From an uncultured Woeseia sp. (lineage in GTDB: Bacteria; Pseudomonadota; Gammaproteobacteria; Steroidobacterales; Woeseiaceae): 61,413 nucleotides of DNA. The DNA is taken from contig CAZWEW010000001.1 of NCBI GenBank assembly GCA_964633055.1, positions 1 through 61,413 of the forward strand, in the 5' to 3' direction. The notes below the pieces were generated by a model. That model saw only the letters and a program-made list of their open reading frames with translations. It ran no database searches and was not told the origin of the DNA. Shown one piece after another: positions 45,948-53,901 of this stretch. Made by a program: the position numbers and the translations under genes. Numbering within the stretch: the stretch's first letter is position 1; every line of letters starts with the position of its first letter.

Positions 45948-47184
45948 CGTCTTTTTGCTGTTTCCGCTTGTCGTGGTAGCGGACGATACGACGTTCGAAG
46001 TCGACGGGCATAGCAAATCCCGGGTCTTGGCTGACGTCTATCCGGCCAACAGTGCTTTTGAACCGATGACCGGCAAGTCCGCCGGCAGCTTGGCGGAAGA
46101 ACTCCGAATCAATCTTTCCTCTAACTGGGGGAAATGGACGTTCGATACCGCGTGGCAGCTTTATGGTGCGTGGGGCGACCGCATCGAGCTCTTGCGTGGC
46201 GTCTCAGGACTCTCGCTGCCGGGACTTGACTATCTCCAGACGGATGATCGCAGGCTGCTGAACCTCACCAGCACAATTACGGACGACGACAATCGGGTCG
46301 CTTTTCACCGGCTGGATCGACTGACGGCAACTTGGTCGTCGGATAAGTTCGTTGTCCGCATCGGGCGGCAGGCGATCACCTGGGGAAATGGTCTGGTCTT
46401 TTCGCCGATGGATATAGTTAACCCGTTCGATCCAACGGCGGTAGATACGGAGTATAAACCAGGCGACGACATGATCTATGGGCAGTACCTGCGGGACAAT
46501 GGTGACGACATCGAGTTTGCCCAAGTCTATCGGCAGGATCCGGTGAGCGGCGATACGAATACTGCAGCGATGACAACGGCGGTCAAGTACCACGGTTTTG
46601 CGGGGCAGGGCGAGTACGATGTCCTCGTGTCGAAGCACCACGACGAAACAACGATCGGTATTGGCGGTAACAGGAGTGTCGGTGGCGCCGTTGTGCATGG
46701 CGATATCGTATGGACTGATGGTGAGGGCGGCAGCAAGCTGCAGCTCGTGACCAATGTCAGTTATTCATGGGTTTGGGGTGCCAGGAATGTCAACGGGATG
46801 CTTGAGTATTACTACAATGGATTTGGTCAACCATCGGAGCACTATGGCCTTGCAGGGCTGTCGCAAAACAGGGCGTTGATCGACCGGCTGCAACGTGGAG
46901 AGACATTTACATTGGGTAGAAAATATTTGGCTGGCGGTCTGACCATCGAGATGAGCCCGCTTTGGATGCTCACCCCCAACCTGTTTGCCAATCTGGACGA
47001 TGGCAGTGCGCTGTTCCGGCTGGTGACTCGCAACAGCCTCGGTGATGATGCCGAATTTCTCGGTGCTGTCAGTGTTCCGATCGGCTCTGCCGGGTCTGAA
47101 TTCGGCGGCCTGAAATCCGGCTTGCCCGGTGTATACCTAGCGACGAGTTTGTCGTTGTTTGCGCAGTTCAGCTTTTATTTCTGA
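45916..47184 (+). CDS. Putative outer-membrane beta-barrel protein, unknown family
   Basis: 422 aa. The start is uncertain; TTG 45916 overlaps the ATPase gene by 32 nt. It has a short signal-like segment (LLSVFLLFPLVVVA) and an alternating beta pattern, and it ends FAQFSFYF with a terminal aromatic residue. Confidence 0.6.
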   Translation: MSTISNNTLLSVFLLFPLVVVADDTTFEVDGHSKSRVLADVYPANSAFEPMTGKSAGSLAEELRINLSSNWGKWTFDTAWQLYGAWGDRIELLRGVSGLSLPGLDYLQTDDRRLLNLTSTITDDDNRVAFHRLDRLTATWSSDKFVVRIGRQAITWGNGLVFSPMDIVNPFDPTAVDTEYKPGDDMIYGQYLRDNGDDIEFAQVYRQDPVSGDTNTAAMTTAVKYHGFAGQGEYDVLVSKHHDETTIGIGGNRSVGGAVVHGDIVWTDGEGGSKLQLVTNVSYSWVWGARNVNGMLEYYYNGFGQPSEHYGLAGLSQNRALIDRLQRGETFTLGRKYLAGGLTIEMSPLWMLTPNLFANLDDGSALFRLVTRNSLGDDAEFLGAVSVPIGSAGSEFGGLKSGLPGVYLATSLSLFAQFSFYF

Positions 47185-47370
47185 CGTCTACCGATTCGTA
47201 GCAGCGTATTTCCTATAGAACGTCATGCACTGCATGATGTCCTGCAGCCATCCGTGGTCGGGTTCCTCTCCCTTGTGGATTCGATTCGACTAGCGCTCGA
47301 GCAGACTCAGCATGAGCCACATATTCTTGTGGTCTATACGGAGTTCTTCGATGATGACGGTGGCCTTCGG

Positions 47371-48438
47371 TCAGCGTCGGTACCTGACGCGCTCCCAGAA
47401 TTCGGTCAGCTGGCCTTCGAGGTCGAGTGCCCTGAAAAAGGAGTACGGATCGCAATCGATCTTTGTGATTACACGTGGAGTGAAATCCTGGTCATAGACT
47501 CTCCGGAGGTGCGGCGGGCGGCTGTAATTGATCGGGTCGTGTAGCCACATGTCCGCATGCAGGTATCCGCGGTCGTCGTACCAGAAGTACTCGACCGTCT
47601 TCGCATCAGCCGAGACCGGTTGACCGCGAGAGCTCATGAATGCGGGATTCAGCCGGGTCGACGTTACGACGAGGGTTTCGCCTTTCCACTCCCCCACTGA
47701 GAATCCTAGGGAGGAGTTCGTTTCGGTCTCGGGAAACTCCCTGCCATCGAGATAGATTCGGCGCGCATAGTCGGCTCCATATACGATGACAATGTAGTTG
47801 TCCGTCTGCAGGATCTCCATTGGGTACGGCAAACCGGATGCGAGCACCAGTCCGGGTGATGCACAACGGCTGTTTGCATTATCCACCTCGAGGTATTCAT
47901 CGAGAATTCCTTGGCCGCGCTCTGTCATTGAGTAGGTGATCTTGCTGACCGCGCCGAGACCGCCGGCCCGGTTGTATATGCCGTTCATGTTTACAGGTTG
48001 CGGTGGCAGTTCATCGAGGCCGGGTCGCAGCTCGGCTCGTTTACCCGTAAACCGTCCGTCCTGCCACGGGCGGCCCAGAAAATTCGTTGCGCCGTGATGG
48101 GTCAGTTCACCCTCCAGCGTTCCGTCATGCTTGAGGTTGCCCCTGAAGGTGCTGAGATACTCGACGTCGAAACCACTGCGCCAGTCCAGGTCGAGTTCGA
48201 ATGCATTGCCTTCTGCCCGAAGCGCGGCGGGTCCATTGAATATATAAGCGCGCAGCGTGCCGTCCTGTTCCTCGATGTTGATCTCCGCATATGAGGTCGC
48301 GGATTCCACGAACGAAAACCCGGTGGTGACGATGACCCAGTCACCCACCAGGTTTTCCTGCTGCGCGAACGAGACCGTGGCCTCGAGTGTAATCGCGAGC
48401 ACCGCGATAAAGGATACGGCTAATCGCTTCATGATCAC
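47371..48438 (-). CDS. Secreted hypothetical protein (last gene of the YceI operon)
   Basis: 355 aa with a signal peptide (LAVSFIAVLAITLEATVSFAQQ). Its start overlaps the YceI stop (ATGA). I can name no catalytic motif. Confidence 0.7.
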   Translation of the reverse strand: MIMKRLAVSFIAVLAITLEATVSFAQQENLVGDWVIVTTGFSFVESATSYAEINIEEQDGTLRAYIFNGPAALRAEGNAFELDLDWRSGFDVEYLSTFRGNLKHDGTLEGELTHHGATNFLGRPWQDGRFTGKRAELRPGLDELPPQPVNMNGIYNRAGGLGAVSKITYSMTERGQGILDEYLEVDNANSRCASPGLVLASGLPYPMEILQTDNYIVIVYGADYARRIYLDGREFPETETNSSLGFSVGEWKGETLVVTSTRLNPAFMSSRGQPVSADAKTVEYFWYDDRGYLHADMWLHDPINYSRPPHLRRVYDQDFTPRVITKIDCDPYSFFRALDLEGQLTEFWERVRYRR

Positions 48439-49094
48439 GTTCCCGTTGTAGCAGGGCCGGCCAGTTGAACGGCGGCCCTGCTGTTGTCGTTGCTGCCGTG
48501 GAGGAATTCGATTTCGATTCGGAATTCCACCGTATCCGATACATCAGTTATGAATCGGTCGAGTCCGAAGTCGGACCGGTTGAGCGAGCCCGTGGCTGAG
48601 AAGCCGATGACCGGAATGTCCAGCAACGGATGCACGATTGCGTTGTTTAGCGTCACACCGAGTTCGATTGGCCTGGTAATGCCACGAATCGTCCCCTGCC
48701 CGCGAACGACGCCGGTATTCTCGCTGAGCTCTTCATAACTATCCGAACGGAATGTGATGTGCGGAAACCGTTCCGCATTGAAGAACTTCCTCGATGCGAG
48801 TTCTCGATCGAAATAATCGATATTGCTGCGAATCGAATCTGCCGCAATGGCCACGTTAATTGAACTGTTCTCGATGTCGTCGGCATCGTATTCGAGTTCA
48901 CCATCGATCGCGGTTGCACGCAGAAGCGGAAACGAAAGGTCCTGGTGAAGGTAGTAAAACGTGATGTAGGTATGCCCGGGATCGATAGCGTACGTGCCGC
49001 TTGGCACGATACCGCCGGTATCGACTGTTGAACGGTCACCGCAGGCCGCCAGGAAGAGGAGGACACAAATAGCAAGGTGGATTCGGATATTCAT
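48435..49094 (-). CDS. YceI-family lipoprotein
   Basis: Trimmed to ATG 49094, giving 219 aa. It has the lipobox FLAAC. The YceI pattern is present (YAIDPGHTYITF ... FFNAERFPHITFRS ... GQGTIRGITRPIEL ... GSLNRSDFG). Confidence 0.8.
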   Translation of the reverse strand: MNIRIHLAICVLLFLAACGDRSTVDTGGIVPSGTYAIDPGHTYITFYYLHQDLSFPLLRATAIDGELEYDADDIENSSINVAIAADSIRSNIDYFDRELASRKFFNAERFPHITFRSDSYEELSENTGVVRGQGTIRGITRPIELGVTLNNAIVHPLLDIPVIGFSATGSLNRSDFGLDRFITDVSDTVEFRIEIEFLHGSNDNSRAAVQLAGPATTGT

Positions 49095-49095
49095 G

Positions 49096-50070
49096 TCAGC
49101 GAACCTTTCTAAATTCGACCTGGACATTGAGCAGCAATTCGTCTGCAACGAGATCCCCGTATTGCGACATGCCGAAGTCAGAACGGTTGAGCGACCCCGT
49201 TGCCGAAAAGCCGATCATTTCGCGGCGGTTACGTTGATTCATCTCCGCAGCATTGATCACGATATCGAGAGAAACGGGTTGTACCGTGCCCGCCACCGAG
49301 AGGTCGCCAGTCAGCTTGCCAGTGTTCCCTGAGTATTCTTCGTAACTCGTCGACGTGAACACAATCTCCCGATGGTTGTTGACATCGAAGAAATTTTCGC
49401 CACGAAGCAGGTCGTCGAGTGCCGGGCTGGCCGAGGCAATGCTGTCGGCTTCGATCGAGATCGTAACGCGACTGTCTGCTAGGTTGTTGCTATTGAGTGC
49501 GAGCATGGCATTGAAACGCTGGAACTGTAGCTCCGGATTGGAAAGTCCTAAGTGGGAGTACGAGAAACTGAGATAGCCGTGATTCTCGTCGAGTTCGTAG
49601 GCACCCGGCGATATGTTCACCGCCAGTGATTCGAATTCCCGCTCCGGTATCGGTGCGTTGTCGGCGCTTCCCCGCGCATACAGGTCCGCATTAGTATCCC
49701 TAATACCACGCTGTGGGCTGATGACGCGGCCATCTTCGGTCGTGACCACACTGATCGACATTCGCTTCGTATTGTTGCGACCGAGAATGCCCTCCACCGT
49801 GATCGTGTCGCCGACTTGCAAGGTGTCCCGCGTCCACCCGACACGACCGAGCATCATCAGGTTCATGGTTTGCAGGTCCCACAGCTCGGTTCCACCGTTG
49901 TCGGTCGCGACCGACAGGTAGTACCTGGCGTGCGGATTCTTATAGATGACTTCCGTAATCGTTCCCTCGATCATCCCTTCATTGCCGGGCTCATAGTCGG
50001 CAGCAAAGGCATGGTGGGCGGACGCTGCCCCCGCGTGCGCGAGCAACATAAGGACAATGAGATTTCGCAT
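49096..50070 (-). CDS. Secreted two-domain protein: DUF6152-like N-terminal module fused to a YceI domain
   Basis: Trimmed to ATG 50070, giving 324 aa. The signal peptide is LIVLMLLAHAGAASA. The mature N-terminus is HHAFAADYEP...GTITEVIYKNPHARYYL...GDTITVEG. A full YceI pattern follows (YELDENHGYLSFSY ... FFDVNNHREIVFTS ... GDLSVAGTVQPVSL ... GSLNRSDFG). Confidence 0.75.
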   Translation of the reverse strand: MRNLIVLMLLAHAGAASAHHAFAADYEPGNEGMIEGTITEVIYKNPHARYYLSVATDNGGTELWDLQTMNLMMLGRVGWTRDTLQVGDTITVEGILGRNNTKRMSISVVTTEDGRVISPQRGIRDTNADLYARGSADNAPIPEREFESLAVNISPGAYELDENHGYLSFSYSHLGLSNPELQFQRFNAMLALNSNNLADSRVTISIEADSIASASPALDDLLRGENFFDVNNHREIVFTSTSYEEYSGNTGKLTGDLSVAGTVQPVSLDIVINAAEMNQRNRREMIGFSATGSLNRSDFGMSQYGDLVADELLLNVQVEFRKVR

Positions 50071-50290
50071 GATTGTGATTCCCCTTTTCCGGTAGTCCAC
50101 CGGCATGCGGTGATGGGTTCCGCTGTTCAGTTCATTGTAGTTGACTGGAATCAGGTTCCCACCGGCACGCTGTCGAGGTCCGTTGCGCTCTGCGTGTCGG
50201 GCAATACGTCGGTGAGGTCTGCCAGGGGACCCCGGTTTGAGGTGTAAAGCTCACAGTTAACGTTGAGTAAAGTCGATATCTTGACGCCGG

Positions 50291-50306
50291 TCAGCGATAT
50301 CGCTGA
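50291..50306. promoter_or_regulatory. Perfect 16-bp palindrome, a candidate operator in a divergent intergenic region
   Basis: TCAGCGATATCGCTGA at 50291-50306, immediately after a TTGACG hexamer (50281-50286). The core CGATATC also occurs 21 nt upstream (50274-50280). Confidence 0.35.
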
Positions 50307-50389
50307 TACCTCTCATCCAGGGGGACAAGGTAGCGCAAAGCGGTATGATTGAAGGATGACAGGCATATTGCCGGAGCGGAGGCACTTTA

Positions 50390-51604
50390 ATGACGAAACT
50401 GATGCACTGGATTGGGGTGACCGCATTGCTCGCTGCGAACTCACCAATAGCTGCCCAGAATACGGACATGGCCGGCGTCGACCCGGCTGACGAAGTCATC
50501 TACCTGGATGTAACTGATGAATACCGCGATCCATGGTCTGCACTTAGAAATACTGAAGCGGATGCCGAACGCGAACCGGGACTGATCCAGATTGGGCGGC
50601 TTGGCCGCCCAGGCGTCAGGAGCCTGTTCGGTTTGCCGGTGGCCCTGACACCGGAAGATTTACGCGCGGCTAAAGTCGATGTCGCAATGTTTGGAGCACC
50701 GATCGACATGGGATACGGCTGGCGCGGTGCCGGGGAGGGCCCGGCGGCATTACGTGGCCAGTTGCGCGGCGGCAGTGCCAGCGTTTTGCCGCACATGCAT
50801 GTCGGTGTGGCCTGGCGTCGCGAACTTCTCGCGGTTGACTATGGGAACGCACCGATCGACATCCTGAGCGTCGAGCGCAGCATGCCACCCGTGCGAAAGA
50901 TGGTTCGAGAGATAGCCGAGACGGGGGCTATACCGGTCATTATTGGCGGTGATCATTCGCTCGAGTATCCGAATGTTGCCGGGGTCGCCGATGTGTACGG
51001 CAAAGGCAATGTTGGTGTCATTCATTTCGATGCGCACTTCGACGCCGGTGACGTGCGTGGTGGACACCTGATCTCTCATGCGCAACCCGTCCGTCGTTTG
51101 ATCGATGATGGTCACGTACTCGGCAAGAATTTCATCCAGGTCGGTTTGCGTGGTTACTGGCCGGGTGAAGAGGGATTCAAGTGGATGCGGGAAAACAATA
51201 TGCGTTACCACACGATGGCTGAGATCGAGCGAGATGGCTGGGATGTTGTGATGGACCGTATTCTGAATGAGGCGCTCGACGGACCCGAATATCTCTACAT
51301 CTCTTTCGACATTGATGTGCTGGATCCCGCTTATACGCCAGGCACGGGAACGCCGGTTGCCGCGGGTCTGACGCCGAGGGAGGTGTTTCCGTTGCTCCGC
51401 ACACTCTGCTCCGAGAACAGTCTAGTGGGATTCGATCTCGTGGAGCTCAACCCGCTGCTCGATCCGGGCTATACCACAGTGATGAATTCCGGATACATTG
51501 TGCAGGAGTGCATGACCGGTATCGCGATGCGGAAAGCGGGTATTGTCGAACGAGGTTATCTGAGCCCGCTGACCACCGAGGACAACGAGCCCGATCCTGA
51601 ATGA
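50390..51604 (+). CDS. Signal-peptide-bearing ureohydrolase (agmatinase / arginase family)
   Basis: 404 aa with a signal peptide (WIGVTALLAANSPIAAQ). The Mn-ligand motifs are GGDHSLEYP, HFDAHFDAGD and SFDIDVLDP. It has an N-terminal extension of about 90 aa relative to the usual family size. Confidence 0.85.
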   Translation: MTKLMHWIGVTALLAANSPIAAQNTDMAGVDPADEVIYLDVTDEYRDPWSALRNTEADAEREPGLIQIGRLGRPGVRSLFGLPVALTPEDLRAAKVDVAMFGAPIDMGYGWRGAGEGPAALRGQLRGGSASVLPHMHVGVAWRRELLAVDYGNAPIDILSVERSMPPVRKMVREIAETGAIPVIIGGDHSLEYPNVAGVADVYGKGNVGVIHFDAHFDAGDVRGGHLISHAQPVRRLIDDGHVLGKNFIQVGLRGYWPGEEGFKWMRENNMRYHTMAEIERDGWDVVMDRILNEALDGPEYLYISFDIDVLDPAYTPGTGTPVAAGLTPREVFPLLRTLCSENSLVGFDLVELNPLLDPGYTTVMNSGYIVQECMTGIAMRKAGIVERGYLSPLTTEDNEPDPE

Positions 51605-52962
51605 CCGACGGGCGCTTCATTCGAGTCATCCGGCGCAAGGAAGTTCTGGCCCTGTCGTTCGGCGCGATGGTCGGCTGGAGCTGGGTTGCGCTGACCGGCA
51701 ACTGGATCGACGATGCGGGCAGTATTGGCGCAATCCTTGCGTTTCTGTTCGGCGGCATTGTCGTCGTGCTCGTGGGTTTCACTTACGCTGAGCTGGCATC
51801 GGCGATGCCGCAGGCCGGTGGTGAGCACGTCTATTCTCACCGCGCGTTGGGCGCAACTGCTTCATTCATATGTACCTGGGCTATCCTGCTGGGCTATGTC
51901 TCGGTGGTCGCCTTTGAAGCTGTGGCCTTGCCGACCGTGTTGGACTATCTCATACCCGGATTCAGTCGCGGTTACCTCTGGACAATCGCCGGCTGGGACG
52001 TGAACGCGACCTGGGTGCTTGTCGGTATCGTTGCGGCCGTGGTCGTTACCGCGATAAATATTCTCGGCATACGGACTGCAGCCAGGCTGCAGGTCCTTGC
52101 GACCGCGATGATTCTGCTAGTCGGATTGATGCTGTTCGGTGGCAGCCTCGTCAATGGCGAGACGAGCCACCTGGAACCTGTATTCAATGACGGTGCGGTT
52201 GGCCTGCTCGGTGTGCTGATCATGGTTCCATTCATGTTTGTCGGCTTTGACGTGATTCCCCAGTCGGCCGAGGAAATTGATATCCCCTTCTCCGAGATTG
52301 GCAAGCTTCTGATGCTGTCCATCGGGCTGGCCGTGGCATGGTACATGGCGATGATCTGGGCTGTTTCGACAGGTCTTGGCGCCGAGGCACGACAGGCATC
52401 GGCATTGCCGACGGCTGATGCGACGACGACGATCTTTGGTGGCAGCTGGGCCGGGAAATTGCTCGTGCTTGCCGGCATCGGGGGTATCCTCACCAGCTGG
52501 AACGCCTTCCTGATCGGCGGTAGCCGAGCTATCTACGCCCTGGCCCGCGCAGGTCAGCTGCCTGCCGCGCTCGGAAGGCTCCATACGCGATACAACACGC
52601 CGCACAATGCGTTGCTGCTGATCGGCGGGTTGTCGTTTCTTGCTCCACTGTTCGGTCGACCGGCGCTGGTGTGGCTTGTAGATGCCGGCGGACTCGGTAT
52701 CGTCGTCGCCTATGCTTTTGTTACCTGGTCGTTTCTCTCGCTGAGACGGAACGAGCCGGATATGGAGCGACCCTACAAAGTGCCGAACGGTGAATGGGTC
52801 GGCCGTGCCGGGTTCGTGTTATCGATCGGCATCGGTTTTCTTTACCTGCCTTTTAGCCCGGCGGCACTGATCTGGCCCCAGGAATGGATGATCGTCCTCG
52901 GCTGGATCGTCCTCGGTATCGTATTATTGGCAATGGCCTCGCGAGGACGCCGGCGGTTCTGA
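51601..52962 (+). CDS. APC-superfamily amino acid / polyamine permease
   Basis: 453 aa with about 12 TMs. The N-terminal stretch LALSFGAMVGWSWVAL...YAELASAMPQAGGEHVY is typical of the APC superfamily. Its start overlaps the ureohydrolase stop (ATGA). Confidence 0.85.
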   Translation: MTDGRFIRVIRRKEVLALSFGAMVGWSWVALTGNWIDDAGSIGAILAFLFGGIVVVLVGFTYAELASAMPQAGGEHVYSHRALGATASFICTWAILLGYVSVVAFEAVALPTVLDYLIPGFSRGYLWTIAGWDVNATWVLVGIVAAVVVTAINILGIRTAARLQVLATAMILLVGLMLFGGSLVNGETSHLEPVFNDGAVGLLGVLIMVPFMFVGFDVIPQSAEEIDIPFSEIGKLLMLSIGLAVAWYMAMIWAVSTGLGAEARQASALPTADATTTIFGGSWAGKLLVLAGIGGILTSWNAFLIGGSRAIYALARAGQLPAALGRLHTRYNTPHNALLLIGGLSFLAPLFGRPALVWLVDAGGLGIVVAYAFVTWSFLSLRRNEPDMERPYKVPNGEWVGRAGFVLSIGIGFLYLPFSPAALIWPQEWMIVLGWIVLGIVLLAMASRGRRRF

Positions 52963-53116
52963 CCAGTGTTAATGTCGCGCCCAGCAGGTCAATGCACTGG
53001 AGATCATTCTGCACCGGCCACAAGGGTTTCCACCAGGCGCTGCAGGTGGATTCGTAGCCAACACTGGCCAATCTGTCGGCTGCGATGCAGAATGAACGTC
53101 AGGCGAGATAATAAAA

Positions 53117-53881
53117 ATGGCCGGTATTCGCGTGAGCAATAGACTCCGCTACACAATTCCCAACACTTTCACGGCGACGAGCCTGCTCATTGGTGTCGGC
53201 TCGATCGTCACCGGCCAGGTTGGTCACCTGGAACTGGCGGGCTGGATGATCATCTGGTGCGGTCTGCTCGACGTCATGGATGGCCTGTCCGCCAGGCTTC
53301 TCAAGGCCACCTCCGATTTTGGCGCCGAATTCGATTCGATGGCAGACCTCGTCGCGTTTGGTGTGGCGCCCGGCATACTAATGATGCAGGTTGGTATGGA
53401 GTTTGGTGGTTTCGAGCTGTTTTCGGGTGCCTTCTGGGTATTGCTGGCATCGGTCGGTGTATTCGTGCTTTGCGGTGCCATGCGGCTGGCCCGGTTCAAT
53501 CTCGCGACTGACGATACACCGACAGGGTGGTTCACGGGTATTCCGATAACGAGCGCCGGCGGTGCGCTGGTATCGACGATCTGTATCCTGCTGGTTCGCT
53601 ATCCTGATATTGCGGAAGCGATGCCGCTGCATACTTATCTTCCGATCATCATGTTCGTCCTTGCGCTCGGGATGATCTCGCGCATCCGGTTTCCGAAAGC
53701 CAAGGTTCGGAAGAGCAAATGGATGAACGCATTTCAGGGTACCGTCATCGTTGCGACCTACTACTGCGGCATCACGCGAAATTTTCCCGAATTTTTGTTT
53801 TTTATGGCTATCTTCCTGCTCGTCGCTGGCATCATCGCGGGACGCATCAGCAAGTTCCAAGAACGGGCGGAAGCATCGTAG
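53117..53881 (+). CDS. pssA: CDP-diacylglycerol--serine O-phosphatidyltransferase (CDP-alcohol phosphatidyltransferase family)
   Basis: 254 aa and polytopic. It carries the full D-x2-D-G-x2-A-R...G-x3-D-x3-D motif (DVMDGLSARLLKATSDFGAEFDSMADLVAFG). Confidence 0.85.
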   Translation: MAGIRVSNRLRYTIPNTFTATSLLIGVGSIVTGQVGHLELAGWMIIWCGLLDVMDGLSARLLKATSDFGAEFDSMADLVAFGVAPGILMMQVGMEFGGFELFSGAFWVLLASVGVFVLCGAMRLARFNLATDDTPTGWFTGIPITSAGGALVSTICILLVRYPDIAEAMPLHTYLPIIMFVLALGMISRIRFPKAKVRKSKWMNAFQGTVIVATYYCGITRNFPEFLFFMAIFLLVAGIIAGRISKFQERAEAS

Positions 53882-53901
53882 GAGTCGCCGAAAACAGGGT
53901 A

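Noticed and set aside
47213-47544. ORFs 47213..47455 (-) and 47254..47544 (+) in or near the gap after the OM-barrel gene
   Set aside because: Both overlap the 3' end of the 355-aa secreted-protein gene, have no Shine-Dalgarno or motifs, and neither can be accommodated without disrupting a better-supported gene. The 15-nt palindrome TCATGCACTGCATGA (47223-47237) in the gap was noted, but it is too short to interpret.
50257-50499. 80-aa minus-strand ORF spanning the ureohydrolase promoter region and start
   Set aside because: It overlaps the signal-peptide-coding start of the ureohydrolase gene on the other strand and has no supporting features.
52963-53067. Inverted repeat CCAGTGTT / AACACTGG flanking about 90 nt upstream of pssA
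   Set aside because: The arms are only 8 bp within a 150-nt region. By a rough estimate that is not far from chance expectation, and I see no further structure.
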